A DNA stretch of 63,347 bases, the filler included, from Reclinomonas americana ATCC 50394 (lineage: Eukaryota), in assembly GCA_048213135.1 (NCBI GenBank). It is 8 parts of 5 records of this genome, joined end to end, with 100 filler letters (N's around TTAATTAATTAA, not from the genome) between each part and the next. Parts side by side here need not be neighbours in the genome. Positions count along the whole stretch, not along the records: positions 41,388 to 54,047 come from PS015430.1; positions 54,148 to 58,232 come from PS015431.1; positions 58,333 to 60,430 come from PS015431.1; 5 more parts are not named here. The stretch is one strand, 5' to 3'. Position numbers and translations under genes: made by a program. Shown piece after piece: positions 49,343 to 60,530 of this stretch; position 1 is the first letter of the stretch, and the number at the start of each line of letters is the position of its first letter. Under the pieces are notes generated by a model that did no database searches, was not told the DNA's origin, and was given only the letters and a program-made list of their open reading frames with translations.

Positions 49343-51850
49343 TCACGTCACGGCGGCGGTGCGTGTGCCGCTGGCGGGGCGCTTGCGATCACGTGAACGC
49401 TCCTCCAACCGACTCACTTCGTTGCGCAGCATCCTGACGGCATCGTGGACGAAGTCCAAGTCGCTGTCGTCGCCCCGCACGACCGGCAGCAGCGGCAGAT
49501 GTGGTGCGGCTGGCGTGGCCTCCTCTGCCGGTGTGCCTGTGCCATTAGCTTCCGCGTCTGTGCTCTCGTCGAGGCTCTCCAACTCGGCCGGATTCGTGTG
49601 TGCCAGCTGCATGGCCGACTGCAGCTGTGGCTGCGTGGCGCGAGCGAGACGTGTGCGATCTTGCGGAGGAATGATGCCGGACTGCACGAGCGCCACCAGC
49701 GAGTCGGCCGGCNNNNNNNNNNNNNNNNNNNNNNNNNNNNNNNNNNNNNNNNNNNNNNNNNNNNNNNNNNNNNNTTGGTGGCAGTCCCTCAACATGGTCG
49801 CTGCCGACTTCATCGTCGTCGTCGCCGTCGCCGTCGCCGTCGTCGACTTGGAATCGGTATCGGCCGTCTTCGGATTCGAACACCTCGTTCCAGCTGTCGA
49901 TGCTGCGCTTGCGAACTGGCAGTCCCTGTGCGTGCGGGTGATAGTGGACCGGGTTTGGATGCTGCAGAGAGCCGCTGATGATTGCTGGTCCCGCTGCGAA
50001 TCGCCGTCGTTCCCGCTCGCTGACGGCGAAGGCCGCCGCCGACGACGACGACGGCGACGATGACGACGACAACGGCGAAGTTACTGAGGTCGGTGATGTT
50101 GACGTTGGGATTGTGTGCGCCAGTCGCTCCTTTTGCGACGCATGCCTCTGCAGCACCGATACCAGGGCCCGCGTGTACTGCGCGGCATGAGCGTTGAGCG
50201 AGTGCATAGTGCTGCTTAGTTCTCCAGCAGCTGCCGTGCTGTCGCGGGTCGGTGGAGCAGTTGCCGGCGTGTGCCTCGCTCTGTGCACCTGGTTGAATTC
50301 CTCGACCGACTCGCGCTCCAGCGTCGCCGCATGGTGGTCGTGCGATGCCAGTTGGTGTAATCGCAGTAGGGCCGCAGAGTTGTTGCCGGCGGTGGTGCCG
50401 CCAGTGCCGCCGCCACTGCTGTTGGCCGCCAGTGATCGGTTGGCCATGTGGACTAGCAGGGCGGCTTGAGGTATCAGTGGCTGCGGAAGCTGTGATTGTG
50501 GTGGTGGTGGTGGTGGTGGCTGTGGTGGCGGTGGCGCTGCGGTGGCTTGTGACGATAGGCTGTGGACAGGACCACCTCCGTGTGAGGGTGTGACAACAAC
50601 GCAGGATTGGAGCGCGGACGCTACGTACCTGCTGGATCGCGAGAGGCGAGATGGCTGCGGAGAAGGGGATCGCGAGCGTGTATTTGGCGAGCGCGATCGG
50701 TCACGCAGACGACTGAAGGCCTCATTCGCCTGTTCGGGAGTGGCGCCGAGGTTGGCCAGCGGCAGCGGACGACTGGTGCCGTGAATGCCTACCATTGCGC
50801 GGAGGCAAGTGAGTGAGTCGGCGGGCGGAGCTCACAGTCAATGCACCATGGATGTGTGTACCTCCGTCGGCCACAAAGATCGAGGCTTGTCGCTCTCTCC
50901 AGCAGTCGGCGTACGCCACGCGCATCAGTTTGTCAATGAACAGTGCCACTCTGTGGGTGACGTGTGAGCGAGCTCATGATCACCGACGCCAACCACATTG
51001 TACGCAACTCAAAGGCCGTCGGTCTCTCGACCCATACTGCAGAATGAAATCATCGTGAGTTCTTTCTCGGATTATCATCGCTAGCAACGCAAACACACTC
51101 ACCATCGGCGAGCTCCAGCATGCTGATGTTGAAGGTCTTTTCGTTCACCACTCGGCCCGAGCGCAGCGTGTCGAACGTGTAGCTCTCGTCGGCCAGCATC
51201 TTGCTCTGCGACTGCAGCAGGCATGGCAGCAGACAAGCGTGAATCCGCATGGCGAACTTGATGTACTGCTGGCGTGTGAGCGTGTACGACGACACGTTCT
51301 TGCCCACACACTTCCACAGCTGCGCCCGTGCGAGTCAGAACCGCCGCACTGTGTCAATGTGTTTTTTACCGTGTAAATACCTTGCTCAACGCCTCGACCA
51401 CGCGCGGATGCGTGGCGAGGGAGCTGCGCTGATGATGAAACACAGAAGCACCTCCGCTCAGCTGGTCCCCCGGTGCGGCCGGAGGCAGCGTCCATCTACA
51501 TCACTCATCCGTAAGAGAAATGAATGATCTTTTAAATCAAGCCCACACGTACGATGTCCGCGGCATCTCGACCAGCACGATCTTGCCCTCGACCACCAGC
51601 TCGGTGATCTTGGTCATGATCACCTCCCACCGCTGCCGCCGTGTCACACACGGAGTGAGGTTGGCGTCGAGCACGCGATCCCACCAATCGCCAACGAATT
51701 CATCGCCATCCTGTCGGGAACGTGAGTGGAGAGTGGGTGATGTCGACAACGCACGCCAGTCTGCCTCACCTGCACGGGTCGAATGTGGCCGCCGATCAAC
51801 AGGTACCACACAGGGTGCATACATCCCGACATACGATTGGCGTCTGTCTG
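49343..51850 (-). CDS. Hypothetical protein with a degenerate EF-hand-like helical domain and a long low-complexity C-terminus
   Basis: HPRVVEALSKLWKCVGKN..LTRQQYIKFAMRIHACL..TFDT..VNEKTFNISMLELAD; long ORFs at 49545-50795 and 49343-49712; start codon uncertain. Confidence 0.5.
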
Positions 51851-52019
51851 TGAAAACGCACACAAAATGCGGCAAGTAACGCGCGAGCATTATTGACCTG
51901 ACCGACCTAACCCAGCACGCACACACGCGCTCCCCTCGCTCGGCACACCGAGAGAAGCGGAGGAGGACAGGAGAAAAGAGAGCGCGCTCGTGTGTGTGGG
52001 CCCCTCTCGCACAAGAGAG

Positions 52020-54037
52020 ATGAGTGAGCCGCGATTTGTGCTGGCACCAACTCGGCCACAGGTCAGTCAGTATTCATCACGGGCCGTTGCAAATCATCAC
52101 TCAATCACTCACTCACTCTCTCGCTCTCTCTCCACACACACAGGCGCCAACAAACTCCGTGCTCCAAGCGGTTCCGGATGCCTCAGTGCTGCGCGTGGCT
52201 CGACACAAGCAGCAGCAGCAGCAGCAATCGTCACGATTACAGCCGTCACAGGCGCAATCAACCGCAGTGACAGCCGTGCGCCTGCCGTCGCCCACGGTGA
52301 CAACGGCCGTCAGTGCTCCATCCATGGATGATCTGGTGATGAGTGCGGCGCCGGTGCCCATGGCCACACGAGTGCACAGCGACTCGACAGTTCCTCCGCA
52401 GCCTCCTTACCACCATCACCATCACCACAGTCATCATCATCACAAGTCCGCGTCGCAGCCACAGCAGCAACAGCAACAGCAGCAGCAGCAGCAGCAGCAA
52501 CACAAGGAGCATGTGCAGTCGACGCGGCGATTGGTGGCCAGCATGGCTGGTGTCTTCACGGCGGGCATGCAGGCGGCCACGGCTGCGAGTGGCAACTCTG
52601 ATTTCGTCGATGTCACTCGACCACGGAACATTGTGGCGGGCCTCGTGCAGCCACCGCCCCCGGCTTCGCTGGCGATGATTGCCGCCACGCGGTCGGAGTC
52701 GTCGCTGTTGGATCTGGCCAGTGCATGTACGATTTCTTGACTGTATGTGTGGGGGTGGCGTGTAGACGAGTGACTCTGACTCTGTTTCCTTCTGCCTCTC
52801 TCTGTGTGTGTGTGTGCACAGCGCTGGCCGCTGCACCCAAGCAATCCGCGCGGCGACAGCGACAAGGACAAGCCAGTCATCGTCGCCAATTGCACATTTC
52901 GCAGCGGACTCGTGTTCAGCGTGTGGTGAAGGGCCTGTTGCAGGCGACGGCACTGGGGGCGGCGAGTCACCGAGATGAGGAGTCGCTGGCGGGTACCTTT
53001 GGTGGTGACGCGCTGGTGTCGGTCCCCTGGCAGCAGCAGCAACAGCAGCAGCTGTCGTACCGCAGCGGAGCAAAACGATCCGCTGCGGCCACGACCACCA
53101 CCGCCGACGACCCCGACGGCTTTTCCGATTCGGACGCGGCGGCAGACGGGCTCACGACTGCGGAAGGAGGTGCGACTGCGCGCAGCAGCTCGACGCCGCA
53201 CACCCGCATGTCGGCTGCCGGCACCGCACCGCGTCGCACCAGCTCGGACTACGTGGTGCCCGACTCGGTAGTGACGGCGTCCATGACGGACAGTGATCGT
53301 CGAGTCGTCGCCGCCGCGGGACCGCCGTCGCTTCTCACCTTTCGGCAGTACCTCGCCACTCGTTTCCAAGAACCACGTTTCCTGGCCGTGCGCTCCATGC
53401 AAACGCCACACGGCAGCGGTAGCGTGCTTGACCCGAGCAATCGTTCGCAATCGCCACAGCGGCAACCCGAATCACGCGTGCATTTTCCGCGTGTTGAAGG
53501 TGATTGTTATTGTTATTGTTGTCTTTGATGCCTGCGTACTGACTGACAAGCCTGTGCTCTTCCTTTCGTGCGCAGGTGCCTCTGCTGTGGAGACCCTAGT
53601 GTCCGCGGAACCGATTCGTGCACCCGGCCACACCAGAACACGCCTACTGGCGCAACTCGAGTCGTCGCTGGCGATGCCACCGCCGCCACCGCCGTCATTG
53701 CAGACAGCAGTCGGCAGCGCAAGCAATGTGGCGCTGCCGGCACAATCGCTGTCGGCACGCAGTGTGCCATCGCTGTCGAGTGCGCCGTCGACAGCGCGCG
53801 ACTCCACAGTCACACGGGAGAGCTCTGCCAGCAACACACACTCGATGCTCTCTCTTGGCGCGCTGTCGCTTGGCGGTAGTTCTTCGACCACTGTCAGCTC
53901 GACAATGTCGCCGCTCGTGTTGCCTGCGTCAGGCGACGAAGACGAACTGGTCACCATTGTGGTGGTGGCCAACAATGACGAGCTGAGCAGCGCCTTGTGC
54001 ATCGACGGCGAAGCAAAATCGCCCGAGGTCCAAGAGG
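52020..54037 (+). CDS. Hypothetical low-complexity (Q/H/S-rich) protein, 3' truncated by a linker
   Basis: Four in-frame exons with GT-AG boundaries; polyQ and polyH tracts. Confidence 0.5.
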
Positions 54038-54155
54038 TACGTACATTNNNNNNNNNNNNNNNNNNNNNNNNNNNNNNNNNNNNNNNNNNNNTTAATTAAT
54101 TAANNNNNNNNNNNNNNNNNNNNNNNNNNNNNNNNNNNNNNNNNNNNCCACCACG

Positions 54156-55870
54156 TCAGTGATGCCAGGTGTGGAGATGTGAGGGCGGGGGAATCGGGCG
54201 ACGCAACAGCTCCTCGACATGGAATCCCTCGACAAGTTTGCTCTGCGTGTAGATTGGCATGGTCCGCTTGAAGGCGGCGGTGGCGGCGAGATCGGCGTTG
54301 GTCGGGTTGTACACCACATTGCCCGTGTGCGCTACGCATCACACACACATAAAACGAGTGAGCCACACCCCACAGACAGACGCCGGTTTCGCTGTGCACA
54401 GCAGACGCAACGATCAATCGACACCACTTGCGGCAACTCATTAAGTCGCTTCGAGGGCGACCGCCGCGGCAGCGCTTGTTTGTAGTTGGCCAGCTGTACA
54501 GGCGTAGGGACAATGAGCATGACGATCATTGGCATGTCTCTCTCGTTGCATGCACTCACCTCGTTCTTCAACTCTGCCAGCTCCCGTTCCGTCTGCGCCA
54601 GTCGACCACCCATCATGACCATTGCGTCTGGCTCTACAATCCCGCGTGTCAGCACAACGACAATAACACGAAACGGAATGGTGACACAAAGTTAGGCGCA
54701 ACTGACAACCATGATGCCGCCGGGACCCGCCTCTGCTGCCGTGTGCACCACCATGGTCGGTGGCGACGTGGCCACCAAGATGCCGGACTGGTTCAGTGTG
54801 GGTGGCGGGCTGGCCATTGCACCGGTCACCTTCTCCGGACTGGACAGCAGTCGCAGGATGTGCTCCTGTCGCTTCTTCACCGTCTCCAGTGCACCCTCTG
54901 TCTTTTCTCGCAACGTCCTCTCGCGCTCCAGCCGAGTCTCCAGCGCATGCAGACGATTCAGAGTGCCCTCCGACACCTCCGATCCCATCGCTCGCGAACT
55001 AGCCGACGGACCCAAGTCCGAGTACTGATCCAACAGCAGCCTGTCGTGCATCGAGGCCGACGATGAACGCAGGCGCCGTGAACCACGCGATCCAAAGGAG
55101 AGGCGCGAGGCGGCCGACATGCCACCCGACGACATTGGTCTTGGGTGATCGGTGGGTGTTGGTGCCGGCGCTCCTGCACCCTCCCCACTCCGTTCTCCTC
55201 CCATCGGCAACGACAATCGCAGCGCGTTCATCCGTTCGCGCGCCATTTGCTGCGCGACGAGTGAGAAGGGATGCACAGCGGAAGGCGATTCACACGAGAG
55301 CACCACTCGCTCACCTCCTGTGCCATCGCCTCCTGCTGCTGTGCGTGACTCGACAAGAGACCAGCGGCTGTCTGCGGTCGACTGGCGCCCGACAGCGACG
55401 ACATTCGACTGAATCCCGACAAGACCGAGGCGGGCGTCTGCGGTCGGAACGACGAAGCCCGTGACGATGCACCCACCGAAATCAGAGAAGCGCCATCATC
55501 GTGACCACGGTGGTCGTCTTGCTGCTGCTGCTGCTGCTCCTGTTGTGTGTGATCCACACCGCCATCATCACCACCAGTGGCGCTCGCCGAGTCCTGGTGC
55601 GTTGGACTCCCGGCCATCCTATCATACACGTCGCGCGGAAGTCTGCACGGGAAACCCTCAGCATTTTCTCGCGGAGTGGACGTGGTACCACACGCACGCA
55701 ACGTGGCCATGGTCGACTGCAGAATGTGCTGGTGCAGCGGCGTCGAGTTGGACGCGCTGGCATCCATCGACGATTTGACAGCCGGCAGCGGTCTCCACAC
55801 ATGCGTCTTGTTGGGCGACGGCACGCCACCGCCCTTGCGCAGCGGCTGCGGTCGGTTCTAAAAAACACCC
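54156..55870 (-). CDS. Hypothetical coiled-coil/low-complexity protein, 5' end in or near the gap
   Basis: Exons with coiled coils (LNRLHALETRLERERTLREKTEGALE; LAQTERELAELKNE) and an RPQTA motif. Confidence 0.5.
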
Positions 55871-56514
55871 CNNNNNNNNNNNNNNNNNNNNNNNNNNNNN
55901 NNNNNNNNNNNNNNNNNNNNNNNNNNNNNNNNNNNNNNNNNNNNNNNNNNNNNNNNNNNNNNNNNNNNNNNNNNNNNNNNNNNNNNNNNNNNNNNNNNNN
56001 NNNNNNNNNNNNNNNNNNNNNNNNNNNNNNNNNNNNNNNNNNNNNNNNNNNNNNNNNNNNNNNNNNNNNNNNNNNNNNNNNNNNNNNNNNNNNNNNNNNN
56101 NNNNNNNNNNNNNNNNNNNNNNNNNNNNNNNNNNNNNNNNNNNNNNNNNNNNNNNNNNNNNNNNNNNNNNNNNNNNNNNNNNNNNNNNNNNNNNNNNNNN
56201 NNNNNNNNNNNNNNNNNNNNNNNNNNNNNNNNNNNNNNNNNNNNNNNNNNNNNNNNNNNNNNNNNNNNNNNNNNNNNNNNNNNNNNNNNNNNNNNNNNNN
56301 NNNNNNNNNNNNNNNNNNNNNNNNNNNNNNNNNNNNNNNNNNNNNNNNNNNNNNNNNNNNNNNNNNNNNNNNNNNNNNNNNNNNNNNNNNNNNNNNNNNN
56401 NNNNNNNNNNNNNNNNNNNNNNNNNNNNNNNNNNNNNNNNNNNNTGTGGGTGCAAAGTGAGTGCGTGTGTGTGTGGCAATGTCACACAAACAACAAAAGA
56501 CACACACACTCAAC

Positions 56515-56958
56515 GTCGTCATCGTCCTCATCGTCATCCTCCTCCTCGTCCGAGTGGTGAGTCTTCTTGTACTCCTCCAGCTCGGCGGTGTAGCGCTTCT
56601 TGTCCTTGTTGGCCTGCGCGGTGTAGGGCTGCGCACACGCACACACAACAAAACGATCTCAGTCACTCATTTCTCAAAAGAACACCGTGGAGCACACACA
56701 CTCACCGCCTTATCCTCGTCGGACAGCTCACGCCACTGCTCGGCGATCTTCTTGAACACCTCCGGCTGTGTGAAGCTCGGGTTCTGCACGAAAAAGGAAA
56801 AGAAATGAGTGACCATCACAAAACAAAGCTCCCCCTGCTCACTCCCCGCTCACCTCCGACTTGATCTGAGAGCTCATGGCCTTCTGGTAGAAAATGTAGG
56901 CCGAGCTGGCCTTCTTGGGCGCCGCATCACCCGCTGCTGCCTTCTTCGCCTTTGGCAT
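56515..56958 (-). CDS. HMG-box protein (HMGB/Nhp6-like) with acidic tail; last exon probably in the gap
   Basis: MPKAKK..APKKASSAYIFYQKAMSSQIKSENPSFTQPEVFKKIAEQWRELSDEDKAPYTAQANKDKKRYTAELEEYKK..DEEEDDDEDDDD. Confidence 0.92.
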
Positions 56959-57982
56959 TGTTGATGGTGGTGTTGATGGGGGAAAAGTGCTTCACACAAA
57001 CGTCTGCACACGACAACAAGAGGGTAAGTCACTGCAGCAAAAACGCCCGACGACAGACAGGCAAGCAGAAGGGAGAGAGAGAGAGTGAGAGAAGAGCAGT
57101 GGTATCTTGTGAACATTCCCTTGTCTGTGGAGTGAATCTTGTGCAAGCGGTTTTCGCGCTCTCCCTCGTGCCAGTGGAGGAGATGGCAAGAGGCGCAAGT
57201 GTGCACGACACAACAAGAAGAGGCGCGGCGCAAAGAAGAGGAAAAGTGGGCACAATAAAAAGACAAAAAAAAGGCACCGGCGAAACGACGCGCACGACGC
57301 ACAGTTCACCGCACGCCCGACAAACACACGGTGCGCAGAGAGCGCGCACGGTGGAAAGAGGCGGGGGGCAAACAACAAAAAAAGTGGTGAGATGGTGTGA
57401 CATGACATGACGGGCAAAAAGAAAAAAAAGGGGCAAACACACACACGCACACGCACGCACACTCGTCGCCCTCATTGGGTGTGTGAGGCGCGCACGCAGC
57501 GGCAGACGATCAGGCGATCTGTCATTGCCGCAGCGCAGAGCAAGAAAAAGTAAAAAACGGAAAAAATCCGCCGCTTGTGTGAGAGTGAGACGATGAGAGC
57601 ACTTTCTCATCATCTTCATCATCATCATCATCACAATGACACTCACAGAGAAAAATAACAGAGAGACAGTCTGAATTTCTGCATGAGCGTGCATGAAAAA
57701 ATCTCTCTGTCACGTCGTGCTGCCCACCGCCAGTGCACACACGGGCAATGACCCCAACAAAATACACACACAAACGAACCTCGCTTAGCGCGCCTGAAGA
57801 GAAAAAATTGTGAGTGACCGATTCCCGCCAAGATCACGTGCAAACCCCCCGTGACAATCGCGCTGGGTTTGCCATGCGATGACGTGATTTTCGTGTCGCC
57901 AAGCGTCGTCATGTCGACTTCACGTATGGGATGATGATGGCAAACATGTGGTAAACCAAAACAAAGTCGTGTGTGTGTGTAT

Positions 57983-59521
57983 TCACAATGCAATGAGCGT
58001 CCGCGTGCTCGGCAACTTGACCGCCTGGTCGTTCCCGAATGATGACGACGAGCCATTCATCGAGTCGGTGCCTGCGAGTCGTCGCTGCTGTTGCTGTTGC
58101 TGCTGCTGCTGTTGTGCGGCCAGCAACTGCTGTTGGTGTTGTTGGCGAGCGGCGAGCATGGCGTCGGCATTTGGCGCCGACTCTGCGCCTCCGAGAGAGT
58201 TGACCGACGGGGCGCGCTCCAGTGGTGTGCTTNNNNNNNNNNNNNNNNNNNNNNNNNNNNNNNNNNNNNNNNNNNNTTAATTAATTAANNNNNNNNNNNN
58301 NNNNNNNNNNNNNNNNNNNNNNNNNNNNNNNNCCGCCGCCGTGAGTTTGTTTTGCCGGTCGCGCGCCAACGTCGCCTCCGACATGGCGGCAAAGTGCGGC
58401 GCCAGGGCGGCCGAGGATGGTGGTGACGAGGCGAAACTGCGCGCCGAGGAAGCGGGTGGGTGGGCCGAGGAGACGCCACCGCCGCCATCTACCAGCTCGC
58501 CCATGGCGTGCGACACCTCGTCGCCCGAGTACTCCGAATCTGACGAGTCCGGCGTGCGCCCACGTATCCTCGTCGAGCCCAACATGCGCAGCACGGTGTC
58601 GGCGTTGTGTCGCTGACCCAGATAAGGCTGTGTATGTGTGTAAGAGAAATGTGAGATTGGTGCGATCAGACGAAAACAATGAACAAGGATGAGTAGAACC
58701 GACCAGCAAGGCGTGCTTCTTGGTGGTGACCAGTGTGGATCGCTCGTCAGTGACACTCCGAGACGACTTGTCGCCCGCAAAGCTCATGGTGTCGCTGTCG
58801 TTGAAGTCCCGATTCTGCTGCTGCCGTGCCATGCGCGCAAACCCTGACAGCGACGACAGTTTGATGGAGACGGCCAGCGTGCGCTGAATCTCCTTGACCC
58901 ACCGATGGGTGGGACCGAGACTGCGCGCAATGACCTCGGCCCTCTCGCACTGATCGATCGCGTCCTCGAATCGTCGAAAGCCCGCCACCTACAAACGACA
59001 CGCAGTCGTGAGCACAGTGTGGGGAAGGCGGGGGGTTGGAGGCAGCGCAGTGAGAATAGTGACACCACGCACCAGGTTCACGGCCAGATTGTGATGACAG
59101 ATGGCGAGAGCGCACGACGACATGGCCAGGCCGGGAATCTCGTGAACAAACTGCACAAAACTCGTGTCCTCCAACGCCTGCAACGTGTCGGAGATGGCGA
59201 CCTCGGCCACTGCCGGGTACGCTTTTTCGAATAACCGCAACGAGTCCTCGTACTTGCGCATGAGTGCGTACAGAGAGGCCTTGCGCACGGTGAAAATGTA
59301 TGCCGAGTGATTGATGTTGCACTTGTACCACAACTGCTGCGCCTCGCGCAGGTACTTGAGAGCGGCATTGATTTTCCGCCGCCGCAAGTAGTAGTTGGAG
59401 AGGTTGTTGGAGGTGAGGCAGCGGAAGAGATGCCGATCGTCGCCGAGGCACATGCCCTCCGGCTGCGTCATGACGTTCTCGGCCACTTGCCAGAGTTTGA
59501 AGGCGATTTCGTCGCGGCCTG
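57983..59521 (-). CDS. TPR-like helical repeat protein with S/Q-rich tail, 5' incomplete
   Basis: LTSNNLSNYYLRRRKINAALKYLREA, AICHHNLAVNLVAGFRRFEDAIDQCERA..LGPTH; spans a linker. Confidence 0.65.
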
Positions 59522-59654
59522 GGTAAAAGGGAAAGTGAGGAAAGGGGAAAGGGGGGAGGGGGAAGGGGGAGGTGAAAGTGAGTGGGAGGGAGGGGGGAAA
59601 GTGACGAACGTGTCTAACCCTGGAGAAGTGCACAACTGGGGAGGATGAATGCAC

Positions 59655-60300
59655 TCACAACAAAGAAGCAACGAAAAAGGCTATGCACAGGGCCAGGACC
59701 GACGCTGGCGACAGGGGCAGAGAGAGAACAAAAAGAGCACGATGCCACACGGCGCAGATGAATGCACGAGCGCCACTGATGACAGAAGAAGCGAGTGTGA
59801 GAGAGATAAGGCGCGTGTCTGTCACTGGCGACCAAAGAAGAGAAGAGGAAGCAAGCGACACGACGCATAATAGGATACGGCGCAGGTGAATGCACGAGCA
59901 CCACTGCCGACAGAAGAAGAGAGCGAGCGAGACGATCCGCACAAATGGTTACACCGTGGATGAGCACCACAGGCGACGAAAAAGGGGAAGCAAGAGAACA
60001 CTATGCGATACTTCACAGATGAACGCAGGAGCACCACTGACGAAGGGAGAACAGAGAGCGAGCGAGATAGTGCACACTATAACGGATACAGCACAGACGA
60101 GCACCACTGCCGACAGAAGGAGTGAGAGCCAGCGAGATGATCCGCACAAATGATTACACCGCGGATGAACGACTGTCACTGGCGACAGAGAAGAGAGAAA
60201 GAAAGAGAGAGAGAGAGAGAGAGAGCAAGAGAGTACGATGCGATACGACGCCATTGAGCGCACGCCTGTCTCTGGCGAGTAGAGAACACACAAGACGATA
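59655..60300. repeat. Degenerate ~100-bp intronic tandem repeat (GAGCACCACTGCCGACAGAAG..GCGAGACGATCCGCACAAATG.TTACACCG)
   Basis: Blocks recur at ~59761, 59890, 59960, 60028 and 60098. Confidence 0.65.
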
Positions 60301-60530
60301 CGGCTGAACATCCCTGCTGACGAGAGTGCAAGAGAGTGCGTACGACCCTCACAGGCACCACAAGAGCCGGATGAATCGCAAACAATGCTGCCGCCGAACA
60401 GCAGAAACCAACAATCACGACAAAAAGCCCNNNNNNNNNNNNNNNNNNNNNNNNNNNNNNNNNNNNNNNNNNNNTTAATTAATTAANNNNNNNNNNNNNN
60501 NNNNNNNNNNNNNNNNNNNNNNNNNNNNNN

